Shown: piece by piece, positions 8,308-17,537 of the stretch
How positions within the stretch are numbered: position 1 is the stretch's first letter
Layout: every line of letters begins with the position of its first letter
Source: a virus
DNA: 64,000 nucleotides
IMG/VR virus record: IMGVR_UViG_3300042569_003487
Coordinates: 1 to 64,000 of that record
Reading direction: 5' to 3' (one strand)
Notes under the pieces: generated by a model
The model's input: only the letters and a program-made list of their open reading frames with translations
The model's database searches: none
What the model was told of the DNA's origin: nothing
Made by a program: the position numbers and the translations under genes

Positions 8308-8912
8308 TATGCTATGTATAAAATTGTTGGGTTATCCTTGTGTACGTCAATATCAGGAAACTCTTCCCTAAATTTTTGCAGATTAAATGGAGCACTAATA
8401 ATATGGATTCCACTTTTAGTTTTAATAAATTCCATATAGATTGGATTGCCAGTTTCGGTTTGTAATTCAATAATTCGGCGTCTAATCTGAATCATGCTAG
8501 GCTGATGATTAAACCCATCAATTGAAATATTATCAATATCAATAATCCATTTCTTATTGGGCTCATTTGCATAGGCTCCACACACTGATTCATACGCCTT
8601 ACGAACTGACGCAAAATCCTTGTTCATAATTTGATCAGTAACCTTTTTTAGGGTATGAAAAGCCATTTTTTCAAATGAGCGACGATTAAGATTAATACAT
8701 GCTCTTGCTCCATGAAAATTGCACAGTGCAATAATTTCTGGCTCGACTTTTGCTAGGTGCTCTTCAGATTTAATGTAATATGTCTTAATAACCAAAGAGT
8801 TAGAGCCAATTTCAGGATGGTCCTTTTTTCGTTTGATTATTTGTAGATGATAAAAATCATCGCCACTCCTAAATTGGAGCATTTTTAAAATTTGTTGAAA
8901 GTTATTAGTCAC
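8307..8912 (-). CDS. putative AEP/PrimPol-superfamily protein
   Basis: WIIDID (motif I-like) and KTKSGIH (motif II-like). Confidence 0.45.
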   Translation of the reverse strand: MTNNFQQILKMLQFRSGDDFYHLQIIKRKKDHPEIGSNSLVIKTYYIKSEEHLAKVEPEIIALCNFHGARACINLNRRSFEKMAFHTLKKVTDQIMNKDFASVRKAYESVCGAYANEPNKKWIIDIDNISIDGFNHQPSMIQIRRRIIELQTETGNPIYMEFIKTKSGIHIISAPFNLQKFREEFPDIDVHKDNPTILYIA

Positions 8913-9223
8913 TAGTCGTCGATTTTAAAGGTTAAAACCTTCCAGTTAAAGTTAAACCAAACTTTAATCCAGATTAGGTTAAAACCAATATACCAACTTG
9001 GTGATAGGTTTGACTTATTAAACATAGCCTTGCCCTTTAAACGAGTCCCTACTGCCATATCCTTTTTAAACCAAATACCTAATTCATGTCGACGATGCCA
9101 TAGCGTAATGTCATCCATTAGCTTGGTAGAATATTCAGAATTTTTGTACGACTCCCACTTGTGTCGAATTACCATGGTCGTTTGAAAGTGACCTAACTTA
9201 AGAGTTTTAATTATGCCAGCCAT
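8912..9223 (-). CDS. hypothetical protein
   Basis: Operonic overlaps with neighbours. Confidence 0.55.
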   Translation of the reverse strand: MAGIIKTLKLGHFQTTMVIRHKWESYKNSEYSTKLMDDITLWHRRHELGIWFKKDMAVGTRLKGKAMFNKSNLSPSWYIGFNLIWIKVWFNFNWKVLTFKIDD

Positions 9224-9621
9224 TGATTAACTATTTGTATTAATAAGTATGAAAGTTTATATCCAACAAAAGCGCCTAGTGCACTTGGGATTGGAAAGAC
9301 TACGAGTTTACCAAGATCGGTTACATATTTTGGGCGATTAACAATTCTGCCCATAAAGAAGTAATATGTAATATAGCCAACTAAAACTGCAATATCAGTT
9401 CTGGTTGCAATAAAAACAACTAGGGTTGCACCGATAAAACCAAATAGGAAATTATCCCTAACCCCTTCCCAAACCTCAGCTCGGGTTGCGCCTTGCCAGT
9501 CTTTAACAATTTGCTGTAGTTTTGTTTTATTTTTCATTTTAAATTTCGGATCTATTTCCGTTTTTATATTTGAACTTGGCCCTTTGAGTTTTTGCCATAG
9601 CTCCCAATTGATAATCGACAT
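9211..9621 (-). CDS. multi-TM membrane protein
   Basis: Three hydrophobic helices. Confidence 0.65.
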   Translation of the reverse strand: MSIINWELWQKLKGPSSNIKTEIDPKFKMKNKTKLQQIVKDWQGATRAEVWEGVRDNFLFGFIGATLVVFIATRTDIAVLVGYITYYFFMGRIVNRPKYVTDLGKLVVFPIPSALGAFVGYKLSYLLIQIVNQWLA

Positions 9622-9692
9622 AATATATTATACTTAAGTTTTAGTAAGTCGGCACTAATAAATATCTCTATAAATCATAAAATCTTTGACTA

Positions 9693-10103
9693 ATGAAATA
9701 CGCTAAACCCTTTACTCAATTTATAAGTGAAGCTCGAGCAGATATGACGCCAACTGAATTGGAAATGCTGGATAGAATCGAAGCTAGAACTAGAGAAGCT
9801 TATCCTGAAACCTCGCCTGACGAAAAGAAAATTGACTCCAGACTTAGAGACCTAGGTCTTGCTCCTAAAGAAGAGTTCGATGACCGTTGGGATAATATGG
9901 TCGACGAGTGGGGTAGTGATCCTGAAATTAGCCGCGCAATTGATGTACTTAAGTCTCGTACAAGTGCAATCATGAACAAATACATTGACTATGGCGATCC
10001 AGAAGATGAGGCCAATTACGATCAGCGTAGAGAATGGATTTGGGAAGCTTCAATCGATGATATTGGATTCTTAGAATTTATGATTGCCCAAGGCGATATC
10101 TAA
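9693..10103 (+). CDS. acidic putative internal head protein (CTS-like leader, RLRDLGL)
   Basis: MKYAKPFTQFISE-A and SRLRDLGLAP; ATAAATA at 9658. Confidence 0.6.
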   Translation: MKYAKPFTQFISEARADMTPTELEMLDRIEARTREAYPETSPDEKKIDSRLRDLGLAPKEEFDDRWDNMVDEWGSDPEISRAIDVLKSRTSAIMNKYIDYGDPEDEANYDQRREWIWEASIDDIGFLEFMIAQGDI

Positions 10104-10318
10104 TTTTTAACTGGCACCTTACGTGCAACTTGCGGTTTTTCTATTTTTATTTTAATTGTGTCTCCAGCTTGATGAGGAGTTCGGCAATACACAGTTCCTT
10201 CAATACAGGTTTCTGCATCATATACATTATATTGGTAGGTACCTTGAAAATCTGGTGTACCTGTTCCAGATGTTACGATTAATACTAGATACGTAACAAT
10301 TTTTCCTAATTCTATCAT
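10100..10318 (-). CDS. small membrane or secreted protein
   Basis: N-terminal hydrophobic stretch; TATAAT 6 nt before the ATG. Confidence 0.5.
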   Translation of the reverse strand: MIELGKIVTYLVLIVTSGTGTPDFQGTYQYNVYDAETCIEGTVYCRTPHQAGDTIKIKIEKPQVARKVPVKN

Positions 10319-10389
10319 AATTCTATTATACCTAATCTCTGGTAAAGAGTATTAGATCTGGATAAATAACTACAAATAAGATATACTTA

Positions 10390-11019
10390 ATGTCATACTT
10401 CAAAAAATTTGGTGAATTTCTTAATGAAGATGAATCTTCGGAAGAACAATTAGCCAAACTAGCTAGATTAAAGGACCTTGGTTTGCTTGACACAGATCAA
10501 TATAGACAAGATTCCAAGAATATCCGAAAGAATGCAATGCTTGCTGCTAAAGACCGAGGAGACTATGCAGGAACAGCTCTTCCAGAAATTAGAGAAATAT
10601 TAGATTCTCCAGAAGCTCAACTACTAAGGGACAAAGGTCTTGAAGTAGTTTCAAGTCCAACTCAACTCTTAAATGGTACCCTTGTTTGGGCAAAACCTGG
10701 TTATAGAAGATCAGATGGTTGGGGTCTAGGATTTTTTCCTGGCCCAAGTAAAATACGCAGAATGACTCCAAAGGGAATTAATATTGGAGTATGGGGCCGC
10801 AGAGTAGGTTCAATGGATGTTGAAATGAAAGCTATTCCAAAATCAGCATATTCTAATGAGGCTGAATTTTATAGAGTTGCAATGAAGTGGGCAGCTGAAC
10901 ATATCGATTGGGATCAATTAGAAATGGCTGAAAGACAGAGCCGCGAAGCTTGGAGATATTACGTAAAAGGAAAAACAAAACAAGGTTATTTTAACGATGA
11001 GAATAATAGAATCATTTAA
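10390..11019 (+). CDS. putative internal head protein (CTS-like leader, RLKDLGL)
   Basis: MSYFKKFGEFLNE-D, ARLKDLGLL, SPTQLLNGT; ATAAATA at 10362. Confidence 0.6.
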   Translation: MSYFKKFGEFLNEDESSEEQLAKLARLKDLGLLDTDQYRQDSKNIRKNAMLAAKDRGDYAGTALPEIREILDSPEAQLLRDKGLEVVSSPTQLLNGTLVWAKPGYRRSDGWGLGFFPGPSKIRRMTPKGINIGVWGRRVGSMDVEMKAIPKSAYSNEAEFYRVAMKWAAEHIDWDQLEMAERQSREAWRYYVKGKTKQGYFNDENNRII

Positions 11020-12628
11020 TAGCTGGAAACGTTCGGACAGACTCTTAAACGAGAATGTTCAGGCAGCTAAACAATATATGTTAAAACGTTTTGCTCAAGC
11101 AAAAGGAATTGAATCTTCTGAAATTACGCCAGAGGATCAAGCTAGAATTTTTGCAAATGAAGATTATAAAAAAGTTTTACAGTTAATTCAGCCACTTCCT
11201 GGTTATGCATCAACCTTTGTCAAATTTAAATTTGATCATAGAGTTTCATTTGAGCAATTAGCAGAATTGCTTGAGAAAATTAAAGCAAATTCCCAATTTT
11301 TAGGGGAATTATCAATGCCAATTATTGAATTTCCAAATCAAAAGGAAGTAAATGGAGTTTCTCCATTTGAGGCGCTAATAGATGAGTTTAATCAAATTGA
11401 AACCCGTCGTAAAGCAAAATGGATTCTTAACGAATTACCAGGAAATTTACGTAGAGCAGCTAGAGAATTACCAAAAGAAGATCTACAGAGACTTTTTAAT
11501 GCAGCAACTATTATGAATGATTTGGGTCAAGAAGTTAAAGTGCGTTTGTTAAAAAAGGCAAAGGCTTTTACTAATCCAATTGATTTTATAGTTTATGCTG
11601 AAAATTATGTTAAAGGTTACCTAAACTCTGACGTTCAAAGTAAAATTGATAAATTAGAACAATTAGAACCAGAAGGCTCTGTGATTTATGCAGATGATCG
11701 TTACCTAATGTTAAGCGCACGTACAGAAAAGGCGCAAAAGGAATTATGCTCAGTTGCAAACTGGTGTATTAATAGAGGAAGTTTTAATAATAGAGGTTAT
11801 GGTGGAAGCGCTGTACAAATTAATACATTTGATTTTGGTTTACCACCAACTGATCCTCATCACCTAATTGGTACAACTATTTCATATGAAGGAAAGGTTA
11901 CATATAGTCATGATATTAACGATAGGAGTGTTAAGACAACTGATGATATTGCAACACACCTTAAGAAATTTGGTTATCCGGATAAAATGATTAACACCTT
12001 AATTCAGGTTTTTCCAATCGAAGCCATGATTAAAAAGGTAATTACTGAACTTAGCATTGATAAAAAATCTCCGATTCAAGTTCTTGATTCAGTTATTAAA
12101 GCAAGCTATAAAGTAAATCCAGAAGACGATCAAGAATCAGCTAGAGTAATTCTTAATATCCTAATGGAGAGAATTGCACCGGCAGTTAAAGAAGAAGAAA
12201 TTATTGCACTTTACATGAAGTTTGGCGTAATGTCAATTTTCTCTGCTAAACTATTTAATATGTTATTACCTAATATTAATCCTCAAACAAGATCCGAGGT
12301 TATTCAAAATGCAAAGGCGATTCTTGATGAAATTAAAGGTTATGCAAGTACTGGTTTATTTAAATATCCACAATTGCTAAATGCAGTTAAGAGCGAACCT
12401 AAAATTATAGAATTACTTGGTGAAAGTATAGTAAATGAATTTTATGCAGCTGAACCTGCAATTAAAGAACCTACTACAAAACCTAAAGTAACTCCAAGAC
12501 CAGGTCCAATTCCAACTAAAAAACCATCAGTTAACCCTGAACCAAGCGCAACTGCAGAAGATGTAGTTAATGTATTTTTAGCTGAATTAAAAAAATTAGG
12601 TACTACACCAAAGGAATTCCTTAAGTAA
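10997..12628 (+). CDS. large helical protein with CTS-like leader and a WCI (PcfJ-like?) segment
   Basis: MRIIESFNSW...LLNE-N; ELCSVANWCI; Pro/Lys/Thr-rich linker near the C-terminus. Confidence 0.5.
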   Translation: MRIIESFNSWKRSDRLLNENVQAAKQYMLKRFAQAKGIESSEITPEDQARIFANEDYKKVLQLIQPLPGYASTFVKFKFDHRVSFEQLAELLEKIKANSQFLGELSMPIIEFPNQKEVNGVSPFEALIDEFNQIETRRKAKWILNELPGNLRRAARELPKEDLQRLFNAATIMNDLGQEVKVRLLKKAKAFTNPIDFIVYAENYVKGYLNSDVQSKIDKLEQLEPEGSVIYADDRYLMLSARTEKAQKELCSVANWCINRGSFNNRGYGGSAVQINTFDFGLPPTDPHHLIGTTISYEGKVTYSHDINDRSVKTTDDIATHLKKFGYPDKMINTLIQVFPIEAMIKKVITELSIDKKSPIQVLDSVIKASYKVNPEDDQESARVILNILMERIAPAVKEEEIIALYMKFGVMSIFSAKLFNMLLPNINPQTRSEVIQNAKAILDEIKGYASTGLFKYPQLLNAVKSEPKIIELLGESIVNEFYAAEPAIKEPTTKPKVTPRPGPIPTKKPSVNPEPSATAEDVVNVFLAELKKLGTTPKEFLK

Positions 12629-12629
12629 T

Positions 12630-13925
12630 ATGAAAACACTAAAACAATTTTTACAAGAGGCAAGTTTACAGGGAAATCCTGGAACACCCGATCAATACCT
12701 AAAGGGAGTTGAACGCAGAGCAATGCAAGATGTTCAAGGAACTGAACAAAGACTTGGAAGAGAAATGAGTCAGTTTATGCAATTTGTTTCTCAAGTGCAA
12801 AGAATGCAAACTCCTCAAGTTAAAGCACAATTAGAAAAACTTGCAGAAGATATTATAATGAAAGAGTACGGATCAATCCTAACTCAAACTAAATTAAGTA
12901 TTAAATTTGCAAAGGCTGGAGAAATCCAACAAATGATGGAAGAGGTTCCTATGGAAACACCAGAACCCCAAAAAGAAATTGAAGATCAGGCAACTATTTC
13001 AAAAATCCATGCTAGAAAAATTGGTAACGCAATTATGCAAGGCGAGGCTAAAAATGCAAAGCGTATGTTAGCTTTACCTGAAACCATGGATGGTATGATT
13101 AAAATTTTTGGACCAGCTGACGCTGCAAAAATGGTAGATCTTCTTAAGAAAATTACAGACATTGCCTCTGCTCTTGATTGGAGAATTCCAATGGAAGTTC
13201 AAAAGCAAATGTGGGAAAGAGATAAAGGCGGATTTAGTGGATCAGTTAAAGTTGATTTTAAACCAGTTGAAGCTGACGAAAAAACTGCAGAGGATCTTAT
13301 TAAATCTCTAGAAAGTGGTGATCTTGAAACTCAAGAAATAGAAGATACTTTAAATGAAATGGAGCCTACTATTACTGCAATTGGTACAGATTTTGCAATG
13401 CTACTTCATGAAGCAATTAAAGGAATCTATAAATTAATTGGAACTGCTTCTATTCCAGATGATGAAGAAGAAGCTGGAAAGGTTGTTGCAAATACTGGAA
13501 CACTTAGTGATGAATTAGAAGATTTAAGATATGGACCCTACTTAGCAGCAGATCTTAGAGATTTTGTAAATCGATTTACCAATTCAAGTTCAGTTGAAAA
13601 TATCAGAGAACACGTTTTTGGAAAATTAATGATTCTTGCAAAAGAGGAAACTCAAGCATTTTTACAATTAATGAAAGAAATTTTTACTGAAGATGCTGGA
13701 GCAATTAATAAAATGAAATCGATTGTTTCAGAAATTGAACAAGAAATTAAGGATTGGGAACGCAGTCAATTTGATGAAGAGGTTCCAGACCTTGGAGTTG
13801 AACCGGCTGCCACTGAAACTGACCCATCTCAATTAAGTAAAAAGGAAATTCAAGCCTTAATTGATGCAGCACTAGATGCTGGAGATTACGCTGAAGTTGG
13901 AAAACTTGCAAAATATTTAGATTAA
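12630..13925 (+). CDS. CTS-leader protein with zincin-like HE motif and C-terminal UVR-like motif
   Basis: MKTLKQFLQE-A, FAMLLHEAIKG, LIDAALDAGDYAEVGKL. Confidence 0.5.
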   Translation: MKTLKQFLQEASLQGNPGTPDQYLKGVERRAMQDVQGTEQRLGREMSQFMQFVSQVQRMQTPQVKAQLEKLAEDIIMKEYGSILTQTKLSIKFAKAGEIQQMMEEVPMETPEPQKEIEDQATISKIHARKIGNAIMQGEAKNAKRMLALPETMDGMIKIFGPADAAKMVDLLKKITDIASALDWRIPMEVQKQMWERDKGGFSGSVKVDFKPVEADEKTAEDLIKSLESGDLETQEIEDTLNEMEPTITAIGTDFAMLLHEAIKGIYKLIGTASIPDDEEEAGKVVANTGTLSDELEDLRYGPYLAADLRDFVNRFTNSSSVENIREHVFGKLMILAKEETQAFLQLMKEIFTEDAGAINKMKSIVSEIEQEIKDWERSQFDEEVPDLGVEPAATETDPSQLSKKEIQALIDAALDAGDYAEVGKLAKYLD

Positions 13926-13926
13926 T

Positions 13927-14583
13927 ATGAAAATTCAAAGATTTAAACAATTTATAAATGAAAGCGAGGAATATCTCGATGAACCTGCAAAAGAAATGTT
14001 TAATGAGCTTCTAACTCAAATTGCAGATGAAATAGACGGTCAATCTGGCTGGATGGCTTCTGTAAATGAAAACTCTAGTACCCTACGTATTGACCAAGAT
14101 TGGAATATTGATGATTTAAACTATGAAGGCGATGAGCCTAGAGTTTATGCAAGTTATACTGCAACCTTTAAAATTGCTTTTCAAGATGATTCAACTCAAT
14201 TATCCCCAGAAGTAGTTAGACTTTGGAAATTAGGATTAGCGCCAATTACTGAATTAATTAAAGGATTCGATCATATTTGGGGTTTTAGTATTGATTCAAA
14301 GGATGTCCCAGAATTAGATATTCAAGAAGGAAATAGCGAATTTGAGTTTATGTCAATTGAAGATTTGACTGGAGGCGCAACTGCTGATTTAACTGATATT
14401 GAAGCTTTTGCAACTGACTTAATTGAAACTCTTAATGGTTGGTTAGACGAACAAACTTATATGTTACACGATAGAGTTCAAGAAGAATTAGACATGATTT
14501 CTGGTTATGGTGATGACGACGAAGAAGAGGATGACGATGATTATGAAAACGATGATGACGATTTTTCTGAAGACGAAATTTAA
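13927..14583 (+). CDS. very acidic putative internal head protein
   Basis: MKIQRFKQFINE-S, RLWKLGLAP and a poly-D/E tail. Confidence 0.6.
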   Translation: MKIQRFKQFINESEEYLDEPAKEMFNELLTQIADEIDGQSGWMASVNENSSTLRIDQDWNIDDLNYEGDEPRVYASYTATFKIAFQDDSTQLSPEVVRLWKLGLAPITELIKGFDHIWGFSIDSKDVPELDIQEGNSEFEFMSIEDLTGGATADLTDIEAFATDLIETLNGWLDEQTYMLHDRVQEELDMISGYGDDDEEEDDDDYENDDDDFSEDEI

Positions 14584-14589
14584 GATAGT

Positions 14590-14668
14590 TGAGGTTTGAA
14601 GACCTCACTTAGGACCGGGACTAGTTCACGGGTTTGGGCAGGGAATTCGCTACTCTCTGCCCTTTTTT
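14590..14668 (+). other. three tandem hairpins, the last a terminator (possible structured RNA)
   Basis: TGAGGT-TTGAAG-ACCTCA; CCGGGACTAGTTCACGG; GGGCAGGGA-ATTCGCTAC-TCTCTGCCC-TTTTTT. Confidence 0.55.
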
Positions 14669-15146
14669 ATCTCTGCTTAGTATTACCTACAAATTGATTA
14701 AAGACGTGCTGAATGAGCCACTGTTCAACATTTGGAATAGTTTGTAAAAATTCCAATTCCCATAAATAGCAGTCAGCCTCTTCTGCATTTCCACTAAGAT
14801 AAACTATACTGTTCCTGGAGATCCATAGGTGTTTGCTCTCGTGAACTATTACTGCAGCTATATTGTTTATTGATCCCAACTTAAAATCATCCCTAGATAT
14901 TACGATGGTTCCCTTTGCACTGCCCTTTCCAGGTTGGGTCGTTGATACTTTTCCATTCCACATTGAAATATGATCACATGATTCTTCAATCATTTGCCAA
15001 TGTTTAGGTGAAGTTTTTTTAATTAAGACCAGTGCTGAATCTACTTGAGTAGACCAACCATCTCCTCCTTTATCTACTACAATTTGAGCATTAACCAAAT
15101 TTGTAATAAAAAATAGAATAATTATAATTATAATATGTCTCAACAT
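14667..15146 (-). CDS. secreted HExxH metallopeptidase-like protein
   Basis: Signal peptide; VIVHESKH followed by EE. Confidence 0.55.
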   Translation of the reverse strand: MLRHIIIIIILFFITNLVNAQIVVDKGGDGWSTQVDSALVLIKKTSPKHWQMIEESCDHISMWNGKVSTTQPGKGSAKGTIVISRDDFKLGSINNIAAVIVHESKHLWISRNSIVYLSGNAEEADCYLWELEFLQTIPNVEQWLIQHVFNQFVGNTKQR

Positions 15147-15150
15147 AGCT

Positions 15151-15178
15151 AAAAAAAGCCGAGGTTTTACGCTCGGCT
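15151..15178 (-). terminator. rho-independent terminator
   Basis: AAAAAAAGCCGAG-GTTTTACG-CTCGGCT. Confidence 0.7.
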
Positions 15179-15189
15179 CTAAATTTTAA

Positions 15190-15813
15190 TTAAAGATCTT
15201 TTGGTTCTTTGCCGGTCGCCTTTCTTATAAAAGCAGCTGCCGCTGCTTCAGGATCCTTTGCCCAACCAAAATATTTTTTAGATTTTTGTTTAAAGTCCTT
15301 TGCTCCTTTTTCCTGATCTTTAAGCATTTTTTTCATTTCTGCTTTTTTTAGATTTGGAAATTTCTTATCTGCATCTTTTAAAACTTCTTCTCTTTTCTTT
15401 TCTAAGATAATAAAGTCTGAGCATCTCATTACTCTCTTACTTTCAAAACCATCATATGAAGGCTCGTCGTCTAATACGGAGTCCATCCACTGCTGTTTTT
15501 TAAGGTGAGATTTTTTGGCCTTTACTTCAGCAGCTTCTCTACGTTTAATATAACCCGTATCTTCTGCTGCTAATTTTTTATGTAGATCTAGGATTCTAAC
15601 TGCCAATTCTTTTTTCATTGGATGACCTTTAGGAAGCTCTCTAAGTTTTGCTTGTAGTTCCTTTAGTTCAGCTTCATCTCCGGAACCATATATAGGTTCG
15701 TCTTTTTCTACTGGTTCAAACTCGTCTTCAAAATCAAATTTTGAGGCTGGAGTAGCGTCGAAGTCGTCTGGATTGAACTCCATTTCGTCTTCATCATGGA
15801 ATCTAGGTTTCAT
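15190..15813 (-). CDS. hypothetical protein, acidic N-half and basic C-half, with an internal CTS-like segment
   Basis: Internal RVMRCSDFIILE-K precedes a Lys-rich domain. Confidence 0.5.
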   Translation of the reverse strand: MKPRFHDEDEMEFNPDDFDATPASKFDFEDEFEPVEKDEPIYGSGDEAELKELQAKLRELPKGHPMKKELAVRILDLHKKLAAEDTGYIKRREAAEVKAKKSHLKKQQWMDSVLDDEPSYDGFESKRVMRCSDFIILEKKREEVLKDADKKFPNLKKAEMKKMLKDQEKGAKDFKQKSKKYFGWAKDPEAAAAAFIRKATGKEPKDL

Positions 15814-15889
15814 TGGAATAGACTCGTTATTTTAGTTTATCTATCTTAGTGACGATAAATAATAATGTAGTACAAGATAATTAAATCAA

Positions 15890-16741
15890 ATGCAAAATAT
15901 GCAAGTTAGACAATTTACAGACTGGTTAGGCGAAGCAGTGGCTCCAGCAAAGACTTATACAAAAAAGCTTTCTGAGCTTAATCCGCAGCGAAAATACATT
16001 GGAGATACCTATAATACAGATCTTTTTTTAAGATTTAAACACCTGGCTTCAATTAGAGACAAACATGGAAAAAGAATTGGTGTTGAGAAATGGTTTGAAC
16101 TTGCCCAACTTGAAGATAAGGGATTCTATTCTGCTGTATTGGCTGACCAAATGGGACAGCCCGATGTTCGCGAACTTTGGAGAGATATGATGGGCAGAAA
16201 TGCAAGTAAAGTTAAAGGTCAAGTTAATTTTAAAGATCCATTTAAAGGGAACGAAGATACTGAAGATGAAGTTAGAGATTTAAGTCTAAGTGAAAGCGTT
16301 GAAGAACCTATTACAATGCAGTCAAATCTAGATTCAACTTGGACTTTAGTTATTACTTATCCAAATGATTCATTATATGCTAAAGCTCAGCCATACTTTG
16401 AAAAGCTTGGAATTGCATTTGCAAATTTGGCAACCCAAACTGTTTATTTTGATGGATCGGAAGTAAGCGAAGCCTATTTCACAAAGGATCATATGCTTGC
16501 AGTTGAAGCACATGAAATTGGACACTCTATTGCAAATCATCAAGGGGAACCGTATTATTCTAAAAGACAGGAACAAGAAGCAGACTTTATTGGAATCAAT
16601 TTGCTAATTCAAAATTCTTTAACTAAAGCTGCAAATATTCTAGCAGAAAGATTCTCAAATCATTATAATATTGAATATACAAAACTGGCTGATTCTGAAC
16701 AACTTACTGAACTACTAGAAGATTACTTACTAGATAAATAA
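15890..16741 (+). CDS. CTS-leader protein with C-terminal zinc metalloprotease (M48-like)
   Basis: MQVRQFTDWLGE-A; AHEIGH...QEQEAD; ATAAATA at 15855. Confidence 0.65.
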   Translation: MQNMQVRQFTDWLGEAVAPAKTYTKKLSELNPQRKYIGDTYNTDLFLRFKHLASIRDKHGKRIGVEKWFELAQLEDKGFYSAVLADQMGQPDVRELWRDMMGRNASKVKGQVNFKDPFKGNEDTEDEVRDLSLSESVEEPITMQSNLDSTWTLVITYPNDSLYAKAQPYFEKLGIAFANLATQTVYFDGSEVSEAYFTKDHMLAVEAHEIGHSIANHQGEPYYSKRQEQEADFIGINLLIQNSLTKAANILAERFSNHYNIEYTKLADSEQLTELLEDYLLDK

Positions 16742-16758
16742 TAAAAAATCTTTCAATC

Positions 16759-17043
16759 ATGGCCATACCTAAAATCGGAGATATTAAGAAATTTTCATTT
16801 GGTGAAATGACATCAAATGACACTGGAAAAACTTCTTCTACTTCAACTGCTGGTGTTTATATCATTTTCATTGGAGGTCTTTGCTTCTTATTGGGATGCA
16901 TTGATAAAATGTTTTTAGATAAATCAATTGATATTATCAACCAATCTGTAATGTTTACAACTATTGGAGCAGCACTACTTGGAGTTAAAAACGTAGTAGG
17001 AAGCGGTAAGAAAACTGAAGCTCCAGCTGAAGAGACTAAATAA
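16759..17043 (+). CDS. two-TM holin-like membrane protein
   Basis: Two TMs and a charged C-terminus; ATAAATA at 16734. Confidence 0.4.
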   Translation: MAIPKIGDIKKFSFGEMTSNDTGKTSSTSTAGVYIIFIGGLCFLLGCIDKMFLDKSIDIINQSVMFTTIGAALLGVKNVVGSGKKTEAPAEETK

Positions 17044-17065
17044 TTTTATCCAACCTGGATAAACT

Positions 17066-17093
17066 AAAAGAGGAGATTAATCTCCTCTTTTTT
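17066..17093. terminator. bidirectional terminator
   Basis: AAAAGAGGAGA-TTAA-TCTCCTCTTTT. Confidence 0.85.
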
Positions 17094-17352
17094 ATTTTAA
17101 AATGCTTGTAATGTAGTGTCCTATAAAACAGTGGATTCTGGGTATTCCAAGTTTCCGTCTAAAGGAATTTTCTAAATCGGTAAGCGGACTTGCTCCTCCG
17201 GCCCAAATAAAATTTATAAACATAAAAATTATTGGAAATGCAAACCACGCCGGAACGTGTAGAAGTAGGTGAGGTAGAGTTGCGGCCATTCCAAAAAGAA
17301 GGATTCCATGTAGAATCGAGGTTAGGACTAAGCCAATTTTATATTGTGTCAT
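17092..17352 (-). CDS. membrane protein
   Basis: Two TMs followed by PLTDLENSFRRKLG. Confidence 0.6.
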   Translation of the reverse strand: MTQYKIGLVLTSILHGILLFGMAATLPHLLLHVPAWFAFPIIFMFINFIWAGGASPLTDLENSFRRKLGIPRIHCFIGHYITSILK

Positions 17353-17537
17353 TTGAGAGGGTCTATGTAGAACTTTTTATAATCATAAAGATCAGCACAC
17401 TTTTCATATTCCTCTCTGGATTCTAGCCAGTGAATTACTTCATCTATCTTAGACCAGTATTTGGAATTATATCCATACTTATCAAGGTCTTTATAGATTT
17501 TTTCCATTTCCTCATCAGACGAGAGCTGCTTTGCCAT
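17349..17537 (-). CDS. small protein with UVR-like motif
   Basis: WLESREEYEKCADL. Confidence 0.55.
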   Translation of the reverse strand: MAKQLSSDEEMEKIYKDLDKYGYNSKYWSKIDEVIHWLESREEYEKCADLYDYKKFYIDPLK

